DNA of 64,000 bases from an uncultured Myxococcales bacterium. GTDB lineage: Bacteria > Myxococcota_A > Polyangia > Fen-1088. The stretch covers positions 168 through 64,167 of the forward strand of contig CAZBFJ010000001.1 in the NCBI GenBank assembly GCA_964491125.1, given 5' to 3'. Every line of letters begins with the position of its first letter. Position 1 is the first letter of the stretch. The translations under genes and the position numbers were made by a program. This document shows positions 48,621 to 58,584 of the stretch, piece by piece. The notes below the pieces were generated by a model. That model was given only the letters and a program-made list of their open reading frames with translations. It was not told where the DNA came from and did not search any database.

Positions 48621-49766
48621 CTAGCGGTTCGCCGGACGCGGCGCGAGCTCGGGCTCGAGCTTGACCGAGTCGTTGAGCGCTACCGACGCACCGTTGCGGA
48701 GCTTGAACGCACCGACGGAGACCACCTGTTGCCCTGGGCTCACCCCCTCGAGGATCTCGACGAAGTCGCCCCGGGTCTCGCCAGCCTTGACGAATTGTTG
48801 GCGGACCACGAGGGCGGGCGAGCCCGGCGGGGCGCCCGGCTTCGCCGGCTGCTGCTCGACCACGAACACCGAGTCGCCGAACGCGGCGTGGACCAGCGCG
48901 GTGACGCCCACGATGGTGACCTTGCGCTTCTCCGGCAGGACGACCGAGACGTTCACGAACATACCGGGGCTCAGGCCGACACCGTCGGCGCTTCTGGGGA
49001 TGGTCGCGCGGACCCGCCCGCTGCGCGCCACCGGATCGAGCGTCGGATCGATCGCGGACACCACCCCTTCGACCTTCGGACCGGAGGAGGTCTCGTTGAT
49101 GCGCACGACCGTTCCCCGGGTCAGCCGCTCGATCTCATGCTGCGGGAGCGCGAAGTCGACGTAGTGGCCTTCGGAGGACTGTAGCTCGGTGATCGGAGTC
49201 CCCGGCGCCAGGAACTGCCCCACGTTGACCATGCGAATTCCGACCTTCCCCGCGAACGGTGCCCGGACGATCTTCCGCTCGATCTGCGCGCTCAGGGCGG
49301 CCGCGTTCGCCGCCGCGGAGCGCCAGGCGCTCTCGTCGGTGTCGAGCTGGGCCTTCGATACCGCTTGCCCCGCGAAGAGGGCGGTCGAGCGCTCGTGCGT
49401 GAGCCGCGCCAGCCGCTCGCGCTCCTTCGCCGACCGGAGCTCGGCCGCCTCGACGCGCGTGTCGAGCTCGATCAGGACTTGACCCGCCTTCACCTGCCGG
49501 CCGGAGTCGAACTTGATCGACCGCACGACCCCCGGAGTCTCGCTGCTGACGGTCACCCCGCGCGCGGGCGCCACCGTCCCGACGGAGTAGAGCCGGTTCT
49601 CCCAACTGTCTTCTCGCGCGAGCATCGCGCCCACCACCTCGGGCGGTGCGCCGGCTGCGGCCGCGGCCTCGCCGAAACCGATCAGGGTCTTTATCTGGCT
49701 GACCTTGAGGCCGGCCAGCAGGCCGACCGTGACGACGATGCCCAAAGTCACAAACAGGTATCGCAT
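48621..49766 (-). CDS. RND efflux periplasmic adaptor (membrane fusion protein)
   Basis: 381 aa. N-terminal anchor, coiled-coil hairpin and beta-barrel domains. Immediately upstream of the RND pump. Confidence 0.88.
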   Translation of the reverse strand: MRYLFVTLGIVVTVGLLAGLKVSQIKTLIGFGEAAAAAGAPPEVVGAMLAREDSWENRLYSVGTVAPARGVTVSSETPGVVRSIKFDSGRQVKAGQVLIELDTRVEAAELRSAKERERLARLTHERSTALFAGQAVSKAQLDTDESAWRSAAANAAALSAQIERKIVRAPFAGKVGIRMVNVGQFLAPGTPITELQSSEGHYVDFALPQHEIERLTRGTVVRINETSSGPKVEGVVSAIDPTLDPVARSGRVRATIPRSADGVGLSPGMFVNVSVVLPEKRKVTIVGVTALVHAAFGDSVFVVEQQPAKPGAPPGSPALVVRQQFVKAGETRGDFVEILEGVSPGQQVVSVGAFKLRNGASVALNDSVKLEPELAPRPANR

Positions 49767-49808
49767 GGGCCTTGGATGCCGGCCTCTGCGCCAGGGCTCA
49801 TGCGGGTC

Positions 49809-50693
49809 TCAATCCAGACCAGGTTTGTCCTCAAGAAGCCTGGCGCAGGCGGCGGGCATCGCGGGCGCGCCTCGCCCCGGGGGAGGCCGCTTGGCCGCCG
49901 CCTTCGCCGCCTCGCCCGAGAGCCACCAGTCGAGGCCCGCGTCGCACCCGTCCCCCGGCGGCAGCGGCGCACCCGGAACGCAGGCGGGACTGCCTCCGGG
50001 ACAGCGCAGCCGGACGTGCAGATGTTCGTCGTGTCCCCACCAAGGGCGTACCGCGCGCAGCCACGGCCCGCGCCGTGCCGGGTCCTGGCAGAGAGCGCGC
50101 TTGACCGCGGGATGAACGAAGATGCGGTCCACCTCCGGCATCTTGCCCGCGAGCTCGAGCAGGCGCGCGACGCGGGGGTTCCACGCGGGCAACATCTTCT
50201 TGGTCCGCAAGCTCACCATCGACGGAGCCGGTGGCGCCGGCTTTCGCCCGGGCACGAAGCCGCCCCTGGGCGGGGCGTACCACAGGTCCACGTCGAGCCC
50301 GCTCTGGTGGCTGCGGTGGCCGGTCGGCGTCGGCCCCCCGCGCGGCTGCCCCAGATCCCCGACGAAGAGGGTCGGGAGCTTCTCGGCCCGCGCCCGGCGG
50401 GCCAACCCGCGCACGAACGCGATCAACGTCGGGTGGCCGAAGTGCCGGTGCCGCTCCGGGCGCACGACGAGGAAACCCGGTCCGCGCAAGGGCAGGGCGT
50501 GCGCGCCCTCGACGCACCCGGCGCCGGGCTGGCCGATGACGACCGGCGGTCCCGGAGACGGCTTCGTGACCACGCTCCAGCGCCGGTCGAAGCCGGTGAC
50601 GGGCGGCGCGAGGATGCCGGCGTCCGGCGGGGGCGCACCCGCATCGATCGGCGGCGGCGCCGCCGCGAACACCAACGCGAGCCAGAGCGGCAT
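49809..50693 (-). CDS. mepA: Penicillin-insensitive murein endopeptidase (peptidase M74)
   Basis: Signal peptide MPLWLALVFAAAPP. Motifs HRSHQSGLDVDLWY and WWGHDEHLHVRL. I chose the ATG at 50693; the track ORF starts 50 codons earlier. Confidence 0.8.
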   Translation of the reverse strand: MPLWLALVFAAAPPPIDAGAPPPDAGILAPPVTGFDRRWSVVTKPSPGPPVVIGQPGAGCVEGAHALPLRGPGFLVVRPERHRHFGHPTLIAFVRGLARRARAEKLPTLFVGDLGQPRGGPTPTGHRSHQSGLDVDLWYAPPRGGFVPGRKPAPPAPSMVSLRTKKMLPAWNPRVARLLELAGKMPEVDRIFVHPAVKRALCQDPARRGPWLRAVRPWWGHDEHLHVRLRCPGGSPACVPGAPLPPGDGCDAGLDWWLSGEAAKAAAKRPPPGRGAPAMPAACARLLEDKPGLD

Positions 50694-50751
50694 GCTCCTC
50701 ACTCTGCGCGCGCCGCTCGGTGGACGCCAGTTTCGCCCACCAAGATGGGCG

Positions 50752-51732
50752 TCAGAACACCCTCCCGAGGAGCGACTGGCCCTTGAGGAAGCGCTGGAAG
50801 TTGTCGAGGAACAGCGCGACCAGACGATCGTACTCGTCGGCATGCCCCCCAGCGACGTGCGGCGTGATCACGCACCTGGGCTCCGACCACAGCGGGTGCT
50901 CGGGCGGCAGCGGCTCGGGCACCGTCACGTCGAGGTACGCGGCGCGCAGGCCGCCCCCGCGGAGCGCGGCCAGCAGCGCGCCCTGGTCCACCGTGGAGCC
51001 CCGTCCGACGTTGACGAACACCGCCCCCGCCTTCATGGCGGCGAGCTTCGGTCCATCGAAGAGCTCGGCCGTGTCGGCCGCCGCGGGCAGTAGATCGACG
51101 ACGATGTCCGCACGCGGGAGCCACGCCGGCAACTCCGACACCGGGTGCGTCTCCACGGGCTCGTCGCCCCGCGGGAGCCGGCGGAAGGCCACCACCCGCA
51201 CCCCGAACGGCGCGAGCAGCTCGACGAGGCGGCTTGCGATGGCGCCGAAGCCGACGAGCAACACCGTCTGCCCCTCGAGCAGCACCGAGGCGGCGCGGGT
51301 GGGGGTGGTCCGCCAGCCACGCTCGCCCCCTTGCTCCCGCACTGATCGGGGCAGCTGGCGCGCGTCCGCCAGCAGGCAGGCGAGGACGTGCTGCGCGCAC
51401 GGCTCGGCGTAGACCGACGAGCTGTGGGTGACCGGGATGGCGCGAGCGATGAGGGCGTCGCGCACGTCGGTCGCATCGAAGGTCGTGTAGCCGGCGCTGG
51501 TGACGTGCAGCCACAGCAGCCGCGTCGAGGCCGCGCACTGGTCGGCCTCCGGCTGTCCGAAGACGATGTCCGCTTCCGGCAGGAGTCGATCAGGGCGGCC
51601 GAGCGGCTGATTGTACTCCGGCATCTCGAGCGCACGGACCAGCCGGTGGGGACCGAGGCCTTGCGTCAGGGCGGCCGCGGTGTCCTCGGGCAGGGGAAGG
51701 TTGCACCACACGGTGAGCGTCGAGGAGGTCAT
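50752..51732 (-). CDS. D-isomer-specific 2-hydroxyacid dehydrogenase (NAD-binding)
   Basis: GFGAIASRLVELLAPFGVRVVA (GxGxxG), catalytic R...E...H pattern (ITPHVAG). I chose the ATG at 51732 (MTSSTLTVW). Confidence 0.82.
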   Translation of the reverse strand: MTSSTLTVWCNLPLPEDTAAALTQGLGPHRLVRALEMPEYNQPLGRPDRLLPEADIVFGQPEADQCAASTRLLWLHVTSAGYTTFDATDVRDALIARAIPVTHSSSVYAEPCAQHVLACLLADARQLPRSVREQGGERGWRTTPTRAASVLLEGQTVLLVGFGAIASRLVELLAPFGVRVVAFRRLPRGDEPVETHPVSELPAWLPRADIVVDLLPAAADTAELFDGPKLAAMKAGAVFVNVGRGSTVDQGALLAALRGGGLRAAYLDVTVPEPLPPEHPLWSEPRCVITPHVAGGHADEYDRLVALFLDNFQRFLKGQSLLGRVF

Positions 51733-51806
51733 GAGCGGTGAACTATACCGTGCCGATCGGAGCGCTCCAGGCACCGGGCGTCACCCCGCCCGGCTTGCCC
51801 GATGCG

Positions 51807-52610
51807 ATGAGGCGCGTCCTCGTTTATGATGGCGGCATGGTCCGCCAGTACCCGCTCACCCCGGCGGCCGGCAAGCGCCTCATCGCCAAAGGCATCGCTG
51901 CCCATCCGTGGGTGACGGAGGCTCTGCGCTCGGCCCGGTTGGTGATTGTCGCCGGCACCACCAACGGCTACGTCGCCGAGGAAGTGCTCACGCAGATAGG
52001 CCAGGTGGTCGGCTTTCAGCGCCGCCACTTCTTCCGCGGCATCACCCTGCCGCCGTCGTTGATCGCGTCGATGGGCTCGCGTCCCCCCGACGCCGATCGC
52101 TTCCCCGGCGACGTGGTGATCGACAAGGGGGTGTGGCAGCGCGCCAAGACGGTGTTCGACATCGCCCCCGAGCTGGGGGCCGGCGACCTCCTCCTCAAGG
52201 GCGCGAATGCTCTCGACCTGGACACCGGGCAGGCCGCCACCTTCATCGAGTTCTCCGACGGCGGGCCGACGGCGATCATCCTGCCGGCGGTGCTCGGCCG
52301 CCATGCCCGACTGCTGGTACCGGTCGGACTCGAGAAGCGGGTCACGGGGGACCTGTTCGCGATTGACCAGCGCCTCACGGCCTTCGCGACGAAGGGCCTG
52401 CGTCTGTGCCCCCTGCCCGGCCAGGCCTTCACCGAGCTCGACGCCATCGCGCAGCTCACCGGGGCGCACGCCACCTTGCTCGGGGCCGGGGGCGTGGCCG
52501 GCGCCGAGGGCGCGATCTGGCTCGCCGTCGAGGGTACCGAGGAACAGCTCGCCGAGGTCGGGACGTTGATGCGCAGGATCCTCGGCGAGCCCGCTTTCGA
52601 CCTTCTATGA
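51807..52610 (+). CDS. Hypothetical protein
   Basis: The first gene of the long plus-strand operon. Its stop is 7 nt before the esterase start. The track start (51738) lies only 5 nt from the divergent dehydrogenase start, so I chose the next ATG at 51807 (MRRVLVYDGG...). No motif recognised. Confidence 0.5.
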   Translation: MRRVLVYDGGMVRQYPLTPAAGKRLIAKGIAAHPWVTEALRSARLVIVAGTTNGYVAEEVLTQIGQVVGFQRRHFFRGITLPPSLIASMGSRPPDADRFPGDVVIDKGVWQRAKTVFDIAPELGAGDLLLKGANALDLDTGQAATFIEFSDGGPTAIILPAVLGRHARLLVPVGLEKRVTGDLFAIDQRLTAFATKGLRLCPLPGQAFTELDAIAQLTGAHATLLGAGGVAGAEGAIWLAVEGTEEQLAEVGTLMRRILGEPAFDLL

Positions 52611-52617
52611 TGGCAAC

Positions 52618-53445
52618 GTGACCTCGACCCGACTCGCTGGCACGGGCGACCCATCGCCGATCCACATCCCTGGCGGAGGGCCTGGCTTGCTCTGCCTGCA
52701 CGGGTTCACCGGCACGCCCTACGAAGTCGCGCCCCTGGCCCGGGCCGCAGGTGCCGCCGGCTTCGCCGTGTCGGCGCCCTTGCTCGCGGGGCACGGCGAG
52801 ACCGCGCGCTCTCTCGCCGCTACCCGCTGGACCGACTGGCTCGCCTCGGCCGACGCCGCCCTCGACCGGCTGCGTGCCGACACGGGCGGCCGGCCGGTGG
52901 CGGTGGCCGGCTTCTCGATGGGGGGGCTCCTCGCCCTGCGCCTCGCCCGCACGCGGCCGGGCGCGGTCGCCGCCTTGGTACTGCTGTCGGTTCCCCTGCG
53001 CTTGCCCGCCTGGCAGGCCGGCTTCCTGCGCGGGTTTCGCCACCTGCCAGGGTTCCTCCGCCGGAGCCGGCCCGCGATGCTGCGCAAGCGGCGTGGCAGC
53101 GACGTCACCGATCCAAAGGTGCGCGGCGAGAACCCGTCGTACCCGGAGATGCCGCTCGCGGGCGTGGCCGAGCTCGCGGCGCTGGCCGAGCTCGTCCGTC
53201 GCGAGCTGAGCCTCGTCACCGTGCCGACGCTCGTGGCGCACGGCGAGCTCGACCGCACCGTGCCACAGACGGCGTCCTTCGAGTTGGCCGGCAGTCTCGC
53301 CTCGGCGACCGTCGAGCGCCTGTGGCTCGCGCACTCGGGCCACCTCGTCCTGGTGGACGTCGAGCACCCGCGCGTCTGCGCCACGGTGACCGACTTCCTC
53401 GCGAGACATCTTCGCGTCGGATCCGCGGAAAGGCCGACCTCGTGA
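52618..53445 (+). CDS. Alpha/beta-hydrolase fold esterase
   Basis: Nucleophile elbow GFSMGG with an [10 protein letters not shown] oxyanion region. GTG start. Its stop overlaps the glpK start (GTGA). Confidence 0.75.
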   Translation: MTSTRLAGTGDPSPIHIPGGGPGLLCLHGFTGTPYEVAPLARAAGAAGFAVSAPLLAGHGETARSLAATRWTDWLASADAALDRLRADTGGRPVAVAGFSMGGLLALRLARTRPGAVAALVLLSVPLRLPAWQAGFLRGFRHLPGFLRRSRPAMLRKRRGSDVTDPKVRGENPSYPEMPLAGVAELAALAELVRRELSLVTVPTLVAHGELDRTVPQTASFELAGSLASATVERLWLAHSGHLVLVDVEHPRVCATVTDFLARHLRVGSAERPTS

Positions 53446-54911
53446 CGCGCGACCTCCTGCTGGCCATCGACCAGGGAACCACCGGCACCACCGCCCTGCT
53501 GGTCGACCAGGACCTCGAGGTGCGGGGCAAGGGCTACCGCGAGATCCCGCAGTGTTACCCCGCCCCGGGCTGGGTCGAGCACGATCCCGAGGCGATCTGG
53601 GCCTCGGTGCTCGCCGCGATCGCCGAGGCTCGCGCCGACGCGGGCGATGGCGCCATCGCCGGCGTCGGCATCGCCAACCAGCGCGAGACGGTGGTCGCCT
53701 GGGACCGCGCCACCGGCCAGCCCTTGCACCCGGCCATCGTCTGGCTGGATCGACGAACCGCCGAACGCTGCGCGGCCCTGCGCGACGCCGGCCTCGAGAC
53801 GCTCTTCCAGCGCCGGACCGGCCTGCTCTGCGACCCCTACTTCTCGGGCACCAAGCTCGCATGGCTCTGCGACCACGTCCCCGGGCTCCGCCAGCGCGCG
53901 GCGGCCGGGAGCGCCGCCCTCGGGACCATCGACAGCTTCCTGATCTGGCGGCTCACCTCGGGTCGCAGCTTCCTGACCGACGTCTCGAACGCCTCGCGCA
54001 CCCTGCTCTTCGACCTCGAGCGGCTCGCGTGGGAGCCCGAGCTCTGCCAGCGGCTCGACGTGCCCAGGACGGCCCTGCCCGAGGTCGGGGCCTCCTCGGG
54101 TCGCCTCGCCGTCGTGCGCGGCGTCCCCGCCATTCCCGACGGCACTCCGATCACCGGGATCGCGGGCGACCAGCAAGCGGCGCTCTTCGGCCAGGACTGC
54201 CTCGAGCCCGGCGACGCCAAGTGCACCTTCGGCACCGGCTCGTTTCTCCTCATGAACGTCGGCGATCGGCCCATCCCCTCGCGGCACCGCCTGCTTGCCA
54301 CCGTGGCCTGGCGCACGGACGAGGGAACGCGCTACGCGCTCGAGGGCAGCGCCTTCGTCTGCGGCGCGCTGGTGCAGTGGCTGCGCGACGGCCTCGGCCT
54401 CATCGACAGCGCCGCCGAGATCGAGCCGCTCGCCGCCTCGGTGCCGGACAGCGGCGGCGTGGTCATCGTGCCCGCACTGGCCGGGCTGGGGGCGCCGCAC
54501 TGGCGGCCCGAGGCCCGCGGCCTCATCACGGGACTTTCGCGCGGCACCACCGCGGCGCACCTCGCCCGCGCGACCCTCGAGGCCATGGCGATGCAGAACG
54601 TGGATCTGGTGCGCGCGATGGAGCAGGACGCGGGTCGCGCCCTGACCCGCCTGCGGGTCGATGGCGGCGCCGCGCGGAACGACCTCCTCATGCAGCTCCA
54701 GGCGGATCTCCTCGGCGTCACCGTCGTGCGACCCGCCATGGTCGAGGCGACCGCTCTCGGCGCCGCCCGCCTCGCGGCGCTAGGCTTGGGGCTTGAAAGC
54801 AGCCGGCGAAAGCCGCCAAACTCAAGGGTGGCGGTCTTCGAGCCCCGGATGACCGCGGCCGAGCGCGACCGCTCGATGACGCGCTGGCGAGACGCCCTCA
54901 CCAGAATCTGA
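53443..54911 (+). CDS. glpK: Glycerol kinase
   Basis: [15 protein letters not shown]..., [17 protein letters not shown] and [18 protein letters not shown]. The start is a GTG at 53443; the upstream part of the track ORF is junk. Confidence 0.92.
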
Positions 54912-54912
54912 A

Positions 54913-55734
54913 GTGACCCCCTCAGCCAAAACCATCCCCGACGGCTCGCACCAGTTCCTGCCCACCAACCTGCGGCTGGAAGCGGCGGCGGCCAGCCACG
55001 CCGGCCAGGTGCGCGAAGCGAACGAGGACGTGCACGGCATCTACCCCGACGAGCGCCTGTTCGTCGTCGCCGACGGCATGGGCGGGCGCTCGGCCGGCGA
55101 GATCGCGGCCCGCCTGGCGGTGGACGCGCTCGCCGACTTCTGTCGCGAGCACCGGGCCCGGCCGGTGGAGGCCTGGCCGTTCCCCTTCGACGCGCGCCAC
55201 TCCCTTGCCGTCAACCTGCTCCGGGTGGGTCTCAAAGTCGCCAACCGGTGCGTGCGCGAGGAGGCCCGGCGCGACCCCGCCTGGTACCGCATGGGCGCCA
55301 CCATCGCGGCCCTGACGTTCGACGAGGACAGCCTGGTCGCCGCGCACGCCGGCGACGTACGCGTCTACCGCTTTCGCCGGGGCACGGCCGCGCGACTGAC
55401 CCGCGACCACTCCATCCTGGAAGAGCTGCGCGCTGCCCGCGCGGTCATCTCCCCGGCGGACCTGGCCGCCATGGGCAACCGGAACATCATCACCCGCGCC
55501 CTGGGCAACCGGCCGGAGCTCGACCCCACCATCTACCAGAACAGCTACGCGGACGGCGACCTCTACCTGCTGTGCTCGGACGGCCTGTGGAACTGCCTTC
55601 CCGACGACGCCATCACCGGCATCGTCCTCGGCACGCCGGAGCTGGAGGCCGCCTGCCACGCCCTGGTCGACGCGGCCAACGGCATGGGCGCCCCGGACAA
55701 CGTCACCGCGCTCTTGGTGCGTGTGCACCGATGA
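54913..55734 (+). CDS. PP2C-family Ser/Thr protein phosphatase
   Basis: FVVADGMGG, metal-binding DG..N and CSDGLW...GAPDNVT. Confidence 0.85.
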   Translation: MTPSAKTIPDGSHQFLPTNLRLEAAAASHAGQVREANEDVHGIYPDERLFVVADGMGGRSAGEIAARLAVDALADFCREHRARPVEAWPFPFDARHSLAVNLLRVGLKVANRCVREEARRDPAWYRMGATIAALTFDEDSLVAAHAGDVRVYRFRRGTAARLTRDHSILEELRAARAVISPADLAAMGNRNIITRALGNRPELDPTIYQNSYADGDLYLLCSDGLWNCLPDDAITGIVLGTPELEAACHALVDAANGMGAPDNVTALLVRVHR

Positions 55735-56867
55735 AGCAGCGGTTGTCGGACAAGAAGACCGTGGTGTGCGTCGGCCCGGGCGGGGTCGGCAAGACCACCA
55801 CGGCCGCCGCCCTGGGCGTGATCGCGGCGCGCTCGGGTCTGCGCACCCTGGTGTGCACCATCGACCCCGCCCCTCGCCTGGCCGACGCGCTCGGGGTGAA
55901 GAGCCTTGGCCCCAAGCCGGCGCCGATCGACGCGGATGTCGCGGCGGCGCTCGGCATCGCCTCGCCGGACACCCTGCACGCCATGCGGGTGGATCCCGCG
56001 GCCGCGTTCGCCCAGCTCGTCGACGAGCAGGTCCCCGACCCGGAGCTGCGCAGCCACATCTTCTCGAACCCGCTCTACCGGCACGTCACCACCGGTCTCA
56101 CCGGCTCGCAAGAATACGCCGCGACCCTCGCCCTCTACGAGCTGCGCCGCGACCGGGACTACCAGCTCGTCGTCCTCGACACCCCGCCAACCGCCAACGC
56201 GCTCGAGTTCCTCGAGACCCCGGCGCGTCTGGCGGCCGCCATCTCCAGCCCGGCGGTGCAGTGGTTCGCGCGTCCCGATCCGAGCGAGAAGCGCTTCTCG
56301 CTCAAACGGCTGGGCGTGGGCGGGGCCATGATCATCCGGCGGGCGGGCCGCCTGATGGGCAGCCAGTTCCTCGACGACCTCGGCGCCTTCCTGCTCGACA
56401 TCCGCGAGGTGCTCGGCGGCTTTCTCGAGCGGGCGCGGGAGATCGAAGCGGTGCTCAAGCAGCCCGACGTCGGCTTCGTCCTGGTGCTCACGCCATGCTT
56501 CGCGGCGGTGAACGAGGCGCTCTTCTTCGCGGGTCGGCTGCGGGCCTCCGGCTCGCCGCTTTGCTGCTTCATCGCGAACCGGACCCTGCCCGAGCCCGCG
56601 GCCTGCACCGCCGCGAGCCTCGGCGCCGTGCTCGCCGAGGCGCCCGAGCTGGCCGGACTCTCCCCGGCCGAGCGCCAGGCCGGCCTCGCGTGCTTGGCCA
56701 GCCTCGGTGACTACCTCGGGCAGATCGCGCACGCCCAGAAGCGGGAGCTCGAGCGGCTGGCGCACGAGGCCCCCGGGGTCGACATCACGACCATCCCGCT
56801 CTTGCCCCACGACGTCTCGACCATCGACTCGCTCCGCGCCATCGCGGATCGCCTCGAACGGACGTAG
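55731..56867 (+). CDS. ArsA/GET3-like anion-transporting ATPase family protein
   Basis: Deviant Walker A VCVGPGGVGKTTTAAAL and VLDTPPTANALEFL (ArsA DTAPTGH-like). The ATG overlaps the PP2C stop (ATGA). Confidence 0.8.
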   Translation: MKQRLSDKKTVVCVGPGGVGKTTTAAALGVIAARSGLRTLVCTIDPAPRLADALGVKSLGPKPAPIDADVAAALGIASPDTLHAMRVDPAAAFAQLVDEQVPDPELRSHIFSNPLYRHVTTGLTGSQEYAATLALYELRRDRDYQLVVLDTPPTANALEFLETPARLAAAISSPAVQWFARPDPSEKRFSLKRLGVGGAMIIRRAGRLMGSQFLDDLGAFLLDIREVLGGFLERAREIEAVLKQPDVGFVLVLTPCFAAVNEALFFAGRLRASGSPLCCFIANRTLPEPAACTAASLGAVLAEAPELAGLSPAERQAGLACLASLGDYLGQIAHAQKRELERLAHEAPGVDITTIPLLPHDVSTIDSLRAIADRLERT

Positions 56868-56872
56868 GCCCG

Positions 56873-57439
56873 ATGCCACGCCTCTTCATCGCCATCGACG
56901 TGCCGGCCGCACAACGACAGGCGGCGGCCGCGGCGTGCGCGGAGGTGCGCGGCGCGCGCCTCACCCGGCCCCATCAGCTCCACCTCACCCTACGCTTCCT
57001 CGGCGCCACCCCCGAGGAACGGCTGCCGCTTTTGCGCGAACGGCTGGCCCAGGTGGCGGTCGCGCCCTTCGACTTGGCGCTGCACGGCGCCGGGACCTTT
57101 CCCCCGCGCGGGTCTCGCCCCACGGTGCTGTGGCTCGGCGTCGCCCCGCACGAGCCGCTCGCGCGCCTCAAGCGCGAGATCGACCACGCCCTCGAAGCAC
57201 CGCCCGGGCCGCTCCTGGCCGAGCCGAGCTCCACGTTTCGGCCGCATTTGACGCTTGCGCGCTGCAAAGGACGCCCCGACGCGAGCCTGACGCGTTTCCT
57301 GCGGGAGCACGCGAGCTTTCGCGGGGATACTTGGCGGGTGGAGTCCTTCCGCCTGTACCAGAGCACCCTCGGCGCCGACGGAGCAGTGCATGAGGCGCTC
57401 GCCACTTATCCCCTGCGCGGGATCTGCCGAGAAGGCTAG
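56873..57439 (+). CDS. thpR: RNA 2',3'-cyclic phosphodiesterase (2H family)
   Basis: Two H-x-T-x motifs (HLTLRF and HLTLAR), about 188 aa. Confidence 0.8.
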   Translation: MPRLFIAIDVPAAQRQAAAAACAEVRGARLTRPHQLHLTLRFLGATPEERLPLLRERLAQVAVAPFDLALHGAGTFPPRGSRPTVLWLGVAPHEPLARLKREIDHALEAPPGPLLAEPSSTFRPHLTLARCKGRPDASLTRFLREHASFRGDTWRVESFRLYQSTLGADGAVHEALATYPLRGICREG

Positions 57440-57444
57440 CAGCC

Positions 57445-58464
57445 GTGTCTTCGGAGAGCTTCCCCACCATGATTACCGACGAGCCTTCCACGCCCGTCCC
57501 GATCGCCGCGGACGGCTTGCCTCGCCGGGTCCGCCTGCCCGTGCTGTCCGGCGCGCCGGCCTTCGAGTTCGACAGCTCGATCTTCGAGCTCATCCTCGAC
57601 CGGGTCGAGGACGGGGTGTACTTCGTGGACCGCGAACGGCGCGTCCGCCTGTGGAACCGCGGCGCCGAGGCCATCACCGGCTTCTCGCGCGAGGACGTGA
57701 CGGGCGAGCCCTGCGGCAACCACTGGCTGTGCCACGTGGACGCCGACGGCCGCGGCCTGTGCTCGGACGGCTGCCCCCTCGAGCGCTCGATCACCGCCCA
57801 GAGCCCGTTCGAGCTGGACGCCTTCTTGCAGCACAAGCTCGGCCACCGCGTCCCGGTGCGCATCAAGACCTGGCCGTTGCACGACCGCGCCGGCCAGCCG
57901 GTCGGCGCGGTACAGGTCTTCCGCTGCACCATCGCCGACCGGCGCCACGAGCAGCTCATCCAGGAGCTCTCTCAGCTCGCTTTGATCGACGACCTGACCC
58001 ACTTGCCGAACCGCCGTCACTTCGACCTGCAGCTCGATCGCCGCCTGGCCGAGATGAATCGTTTCGGCTGGCCGTTCGGCGTGCTCATGATGGACCTCGA
58101 CCACTTCAAGCAGGTCAACGACGGCCATGGCCATCACGTCGGCGACCAGGTCCTGCACCTGGTGGCCCGCACCCTGCTCGCCAACTGCCGCTCGCTCGAC
58201 ACGGTCGCCCGCTGGGGAGGAGAGGAGTTCTCGGCGATCATCGCGAACGTCCGCGAGGAAGAGCTGCGCGTGGTCGCGGAGAAGCTGCGCGCCATGGTCG
58301 AGACGAGCGGCCTGCGCGAGTCGTCGTCCGCCCCGGTGCGGGTGACCATCTCGATCGGCTGCGCGATGGCCCGCCCCAACGAAACCGCCGCCGAGCTCAT
58401 GAAACGGGCCGACGAGAAGCTCTACGCCGCCAAGCGGGCCGGCCGGAATCGGGTCAAGATCTAG
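57445..58464 (+). CDS. PAS-domain diguanylate cyclase (GGDEF)
   Basis: PAS (LILDRVEDGVYFVDRERRVRLWNRGAEAITGFSRE), GGDEF with an intact GGEEF (RWGGEEFSAII). GTG start. Confidence 0.88.
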   Translation: MSSESFPTMITDEPSTPVPIAADGLPRRVRLPVLSGAPAFEFDSSIFELILDRVEDGVYFVDRERRVRLWNRGAEAITGFSREDVTGEPCGNHWLCHVDADGRGLCSDGCPLERSITAQSPFELDAFLQHKLGHRVPVRIKTWPLHDRAGQPVGAVQVFRCTIADRRHEQLIQELSQLALIDDLTHLPNRRHFDLQLDRRLAEMNRFGWPFGVLMMDLDHFKQVNDGHGHHVGDQVLHLVARTLLANCRSLDTVARWGGEEFSAIIANVREEELRVVAEKLRAMVETSGLRESSSAPVRVTISIGCAMARPNETAAELMKRADEKLYAAKRAGRNRVKI

Positions 58465-58584
58465 CCCGCGGTGTTCACGACGACTCGTGCCTGGACGAGC
58501 TCTCCCCGCACACCGTCTTCCGCGCAAGGCCGGGGCTAGCGAGCCGGCAATCTGTGCCGCGGGCGGCGATCTTGTGGTAGGGGT

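Noticed and set aside
45517-48624. 1035-aa plus-strand ORF
   Set aside because: It is antisense to the RND transporter. Its translation is Arg/Gly/Asp/His rich with no TM pattern.
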